From: Squalus acanthias
Lineage: Eukaryota
Direction: 5' to 3'
Length of the DNA: 64,000 nt
NCBI GenBank assembly: GCA_030390025.1
Contig: CM059432.1
Location: forward strand, 71,736,001-71,800,000
Position numbers and translations under genes: made by a program. The notes below the pieces were generated by a model. It searched no databases. It was not told where the DNA came from and was given only the letters and a program-made list of their open reading frames with translations. The stretch's first letter is position 1. Every line of letters begins with the position of its first letter. Below are positions 61,399 to 64,000 of this stretch, piece after piece.

Positions 61399-62570
61399 GC
61401 CAGAGCCACTCCAGTGATGTCACTGATGAAGAGCTGCTGTCTGTGTACTAGTCTCTCTATTCATATTAATGGTGGCTGCAACTTTGGACCGGCATGGAAG
61501 TCACCCAATCCCAAGAAATGAAACTGTGACTGTGCACTGCAATTTTTAATGCATATATTGAGAGATTGTCTTGAACTGAAAGTAGGGGCTGGATTTTGTC
61601 TTGGAGTCGTGTCATCCACATTTCGTGTTCCCCCCCCACCCCGACTCCAGATTAATGTGGATGAATGATGCAATTTTCACTTAATTGGGCAATTGAGTTC
61701 CAGCATGTGGAAACCCATGAACCAATTAGTGGTTTCAGTCTGAAAGTCGCCTCTGATGATGTCATCATTGCTGCTGCATTGCAGGTCAGAGACTGATTGC
61801 CTGGCTTTTGCTGTGAGTGGACCTGGAAAAAAGAGAGAGAGAGAGAAAATTAATTTTTTCCATCCAGGTCCTCTCACAGCAAGCCCAGGCAGTCTCTGAA
61901 AACATTCAGCATCAACTTTCAGACCTAATACTACTACCTTCATCACATCTCCGTTGTAATAGTGCACCTGCAGCCGATAGTCAGCTATCCACTTGTGCTC
62001 CCGCCAGGTTTCACTGGAGTGTTTCACATCAGGCGTACTTCACGTGGGAAAAGGGTTAAACTAGCTAAAACATTTCAAAATGGCATTACAGAGCCAATTT
62101 AGGGCTTGTTAAGGGCTTTAATGGCCTCTCCCGCCTTTTGGAGACGGGACGGAGTCGGGAACCCCGCGACTGATTTTGTCAAAATTGCGTGGAGGCGGGT
62201 GGGGTCGGGACCCCCAACCCCGCAACTTTAACCCCCCACACGCCTCCAAACCCGACTCCACGGGTCATTCAAAATCCAGCCCTAGGTCTCCAAATGCCCC
62301 TTTTCTGTGTTTTTAAAAAAATTCTTAATACTGCTACATTTGAGCATTGCAAGGTTCAGGAGTATAGCCTCATATGCTAGCTTGTTAAATTCTTACTTTG
62401 ACACAATAAAGGAAGCGCGATGATGACTGCAACACAATCCCTGGACAGGATCTTTTTATTTATAAGCTATTTGGCTTACATTATGGCACAAGACTAAGTC
62501 CACCATTATATTGGTGTACAATTGATAAGAGATTGGTTGATTAGGTCTAGTATTGGCAGAGCATGAGGAA
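61399..62570 (+). pseudogene. Candidate exon I, interrupted by a MITE (boundaries uncertain)
   Basis: Removing the MITE and one TSD gives one frame: ...GPAWKSPNPKK*NCDCALQFLMHILRDCLELKV|GLQMPLFCVFKKIL...SLDRIFLFISYLAYIMAQD*VHHYIGVQLIRDWL. Confidence 0.5.
61586..62282 (+). mobile_element. Harbinger-like MITE family 2, full length (697 bp)
   Basis: Perfect TIR GGGCTGGATTTTG; 3-bp TSD TAG at 61583-61585 and 62283-62285. Confidence 0.9.
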
Positions 62571-62634
62571 TGAACTGTTCCTCTTAAAATGGAAAAGGAG
62601 ATAATGGACTAGAAAGAAAGTTACAGATATAAAA

Positions 62635-63790
62635 GAAAGAACTATAATATATATGTATGTAGGGAAACACAGCAGCCAATTTGTTCTCAACAAGGTCTTA
62701 CCAACAGTGAAGAGATAAATGACCAGGGGGGGGGAAAATTTGGTTGATTAGCGCCTCCCGTTAGCACCCTAAGAGGGCGCTAACGGGGCGCAAAGCAACT
62801 AGAGCCTGGGCGCGGCGATCTTTGCGCTGCTCGCGAAATTGACCAGACATTTTGCGACGGCGCTAAACACTACCGCCACGGTCTCCTGCGCCCGCAGATC
62901 GTGACGTCAGTTGAACGTGCAACACCCCGGTAGCGCCCCGGACCGGATATTGAGTGGCGCCCCCTGCCTTTCCACCTGCCGCTAGCAACGACAGGTTGAG
63001 GGGAACGTTTTGCAGTCGGGAAGGGACTGGGGGAGCGCTATTTAAAGGCGGCCGCTTCCTGCCTTTTTTTTATCGGCGACATTTTTGCACCACGCATTCT
63101 GAGAGAGAGAGAGAGAGAGAGAGACTTCTGGAGAGATTCAACGCTGTGGGAAGGAGTTTTGGGTACTGAGCAGCACTTTGCAGGTTCATTTTGATTTGAC
63201 CTTCCTTGCATCGATTTAGAAGAGACTGTGGGGGCTGCACTCTGAGCTCTTTCCCTGGGCCTCTCCATTGTTCTTTCCAGCAGAATTGATGTACAGGTCT
63301 CTCCAGGCCGAGATTCAAGGCTGCAATGAGCAGGGTGTGGCTGGAGAGCAAGATCGACCCTCCCCTTTAAGAACTGGCCGGTGCCATTGTGTGTGTGTTC
63401 AATTGCTGACTGACATCACATGAGCTTCGCCAGCGCTCTGAGGTAGCGCCTCGCTCCTCGGCGTTAGCGCCTTAAGAGAGGTGTGTAGTGCCTGATTTAG
63501 CGCTCAAATCACCTCCAGGCGCGATAGAAGCCAAGTTTGCAGTCAGAGGCAATAATTAGCGCCATGCGCTAAACTTTGCGCCTGGCCAATAATTGCGCCC
63601 CAAACGGGGCGATACCGAATTTCTCCCCCCAGATGTTTTACTGGTGTTGGCTGAGGGGTAAATGTTGGTCAGGATACCAGGAGAAGAACGCCCCTTCTCT
63701 TCAGATATTGTCATGGGATCTTTTATATCCATCTGAGAGGGCAGATTGGGTTTCAGTTTAACATCTCATCCAAATAATGGCACCTTTAAA
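62635..63790 (-). mobile_element. Old DeuSINE copy split by a MITE (segments 62635-62726 and 63630-63790)
   Basis: CATGGGATCTTTTATATCCATCTGAGAGGG is the reverse complement of the Deu domain. Confidence 0.65.
62727..63629 (+). mobile_element. PIF/Harbinger MITE family 1a
   Basis: Colinear with 9801-10695; TSD CAG (or CCA, ambiguous because of the G/C runs). Confidence 0.85.
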
Positions 63791-64000
63791 TCATTTTGTC
63801 TTTTCAATATTCACAGTAAAAAGATTGCAGTAGTATCCATAGTCCAGTAGCCAAACTAACCGGTGATTCATCAAAGTATTTTATTCTAAAAGGAGAAATT
63901 TAGAATAGGCAGGGCAATGGTAAGCTGCAATGGTCAGTGTAGCTTTATGAAAGGAAGACTGTAAGTAATGCATTCTGGCCTCTTGCGCATTCCTGATTTT

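Noticed and set aside
30678..62570. Stop-codon recoding as the explanation for in-frame stops in the candidate exons
   Set aside because: All three stop types occur along with TE insertions and a probable frameshift; pseudogenisation is simpler

Overview
Repeat-dense vertebrate genomic DNA, most likely from a cartilaginous fish, judged from DeuSINE/SacSINE1-like SINEs, abundant CR1 LINEs and Penelope elements. The only intact host coding exon I recognise is exon 1 of BPNT2/IMPAD1 (minus strand, 26113-25766) in a CpG island. Everything to its left appears to be intron 1, as I found no exon 2. To its right, the non-repeat islands contain a phase-compatible chain of degraded plus-strand exons (about 29460-62570). 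These look like an unrecognised multi-exon gene, head-to-head with BPNT2, that has become a pseudogene; two exons regain their frame when TE insertions are removed. Most of the rest is nested TEs: two CR1-type LINE families (one young copy with an intact 967-codon APE+RT frame), L2 and RTE remnants, a solo LTR, a decayed PIF/Harbinger transposon with several MITE families, a hAT MITE, and two Penelope families carrying minimal hammerhead ribozymes. Highlights are a tandem 128-bp hammerhead repeat resembling a retrozyme and a perfect 193-bp-arm fold-back palindrome made during a CR1 insertion. Everything was read by eye with no database searches; coordinates of old TE fragments are approximate.
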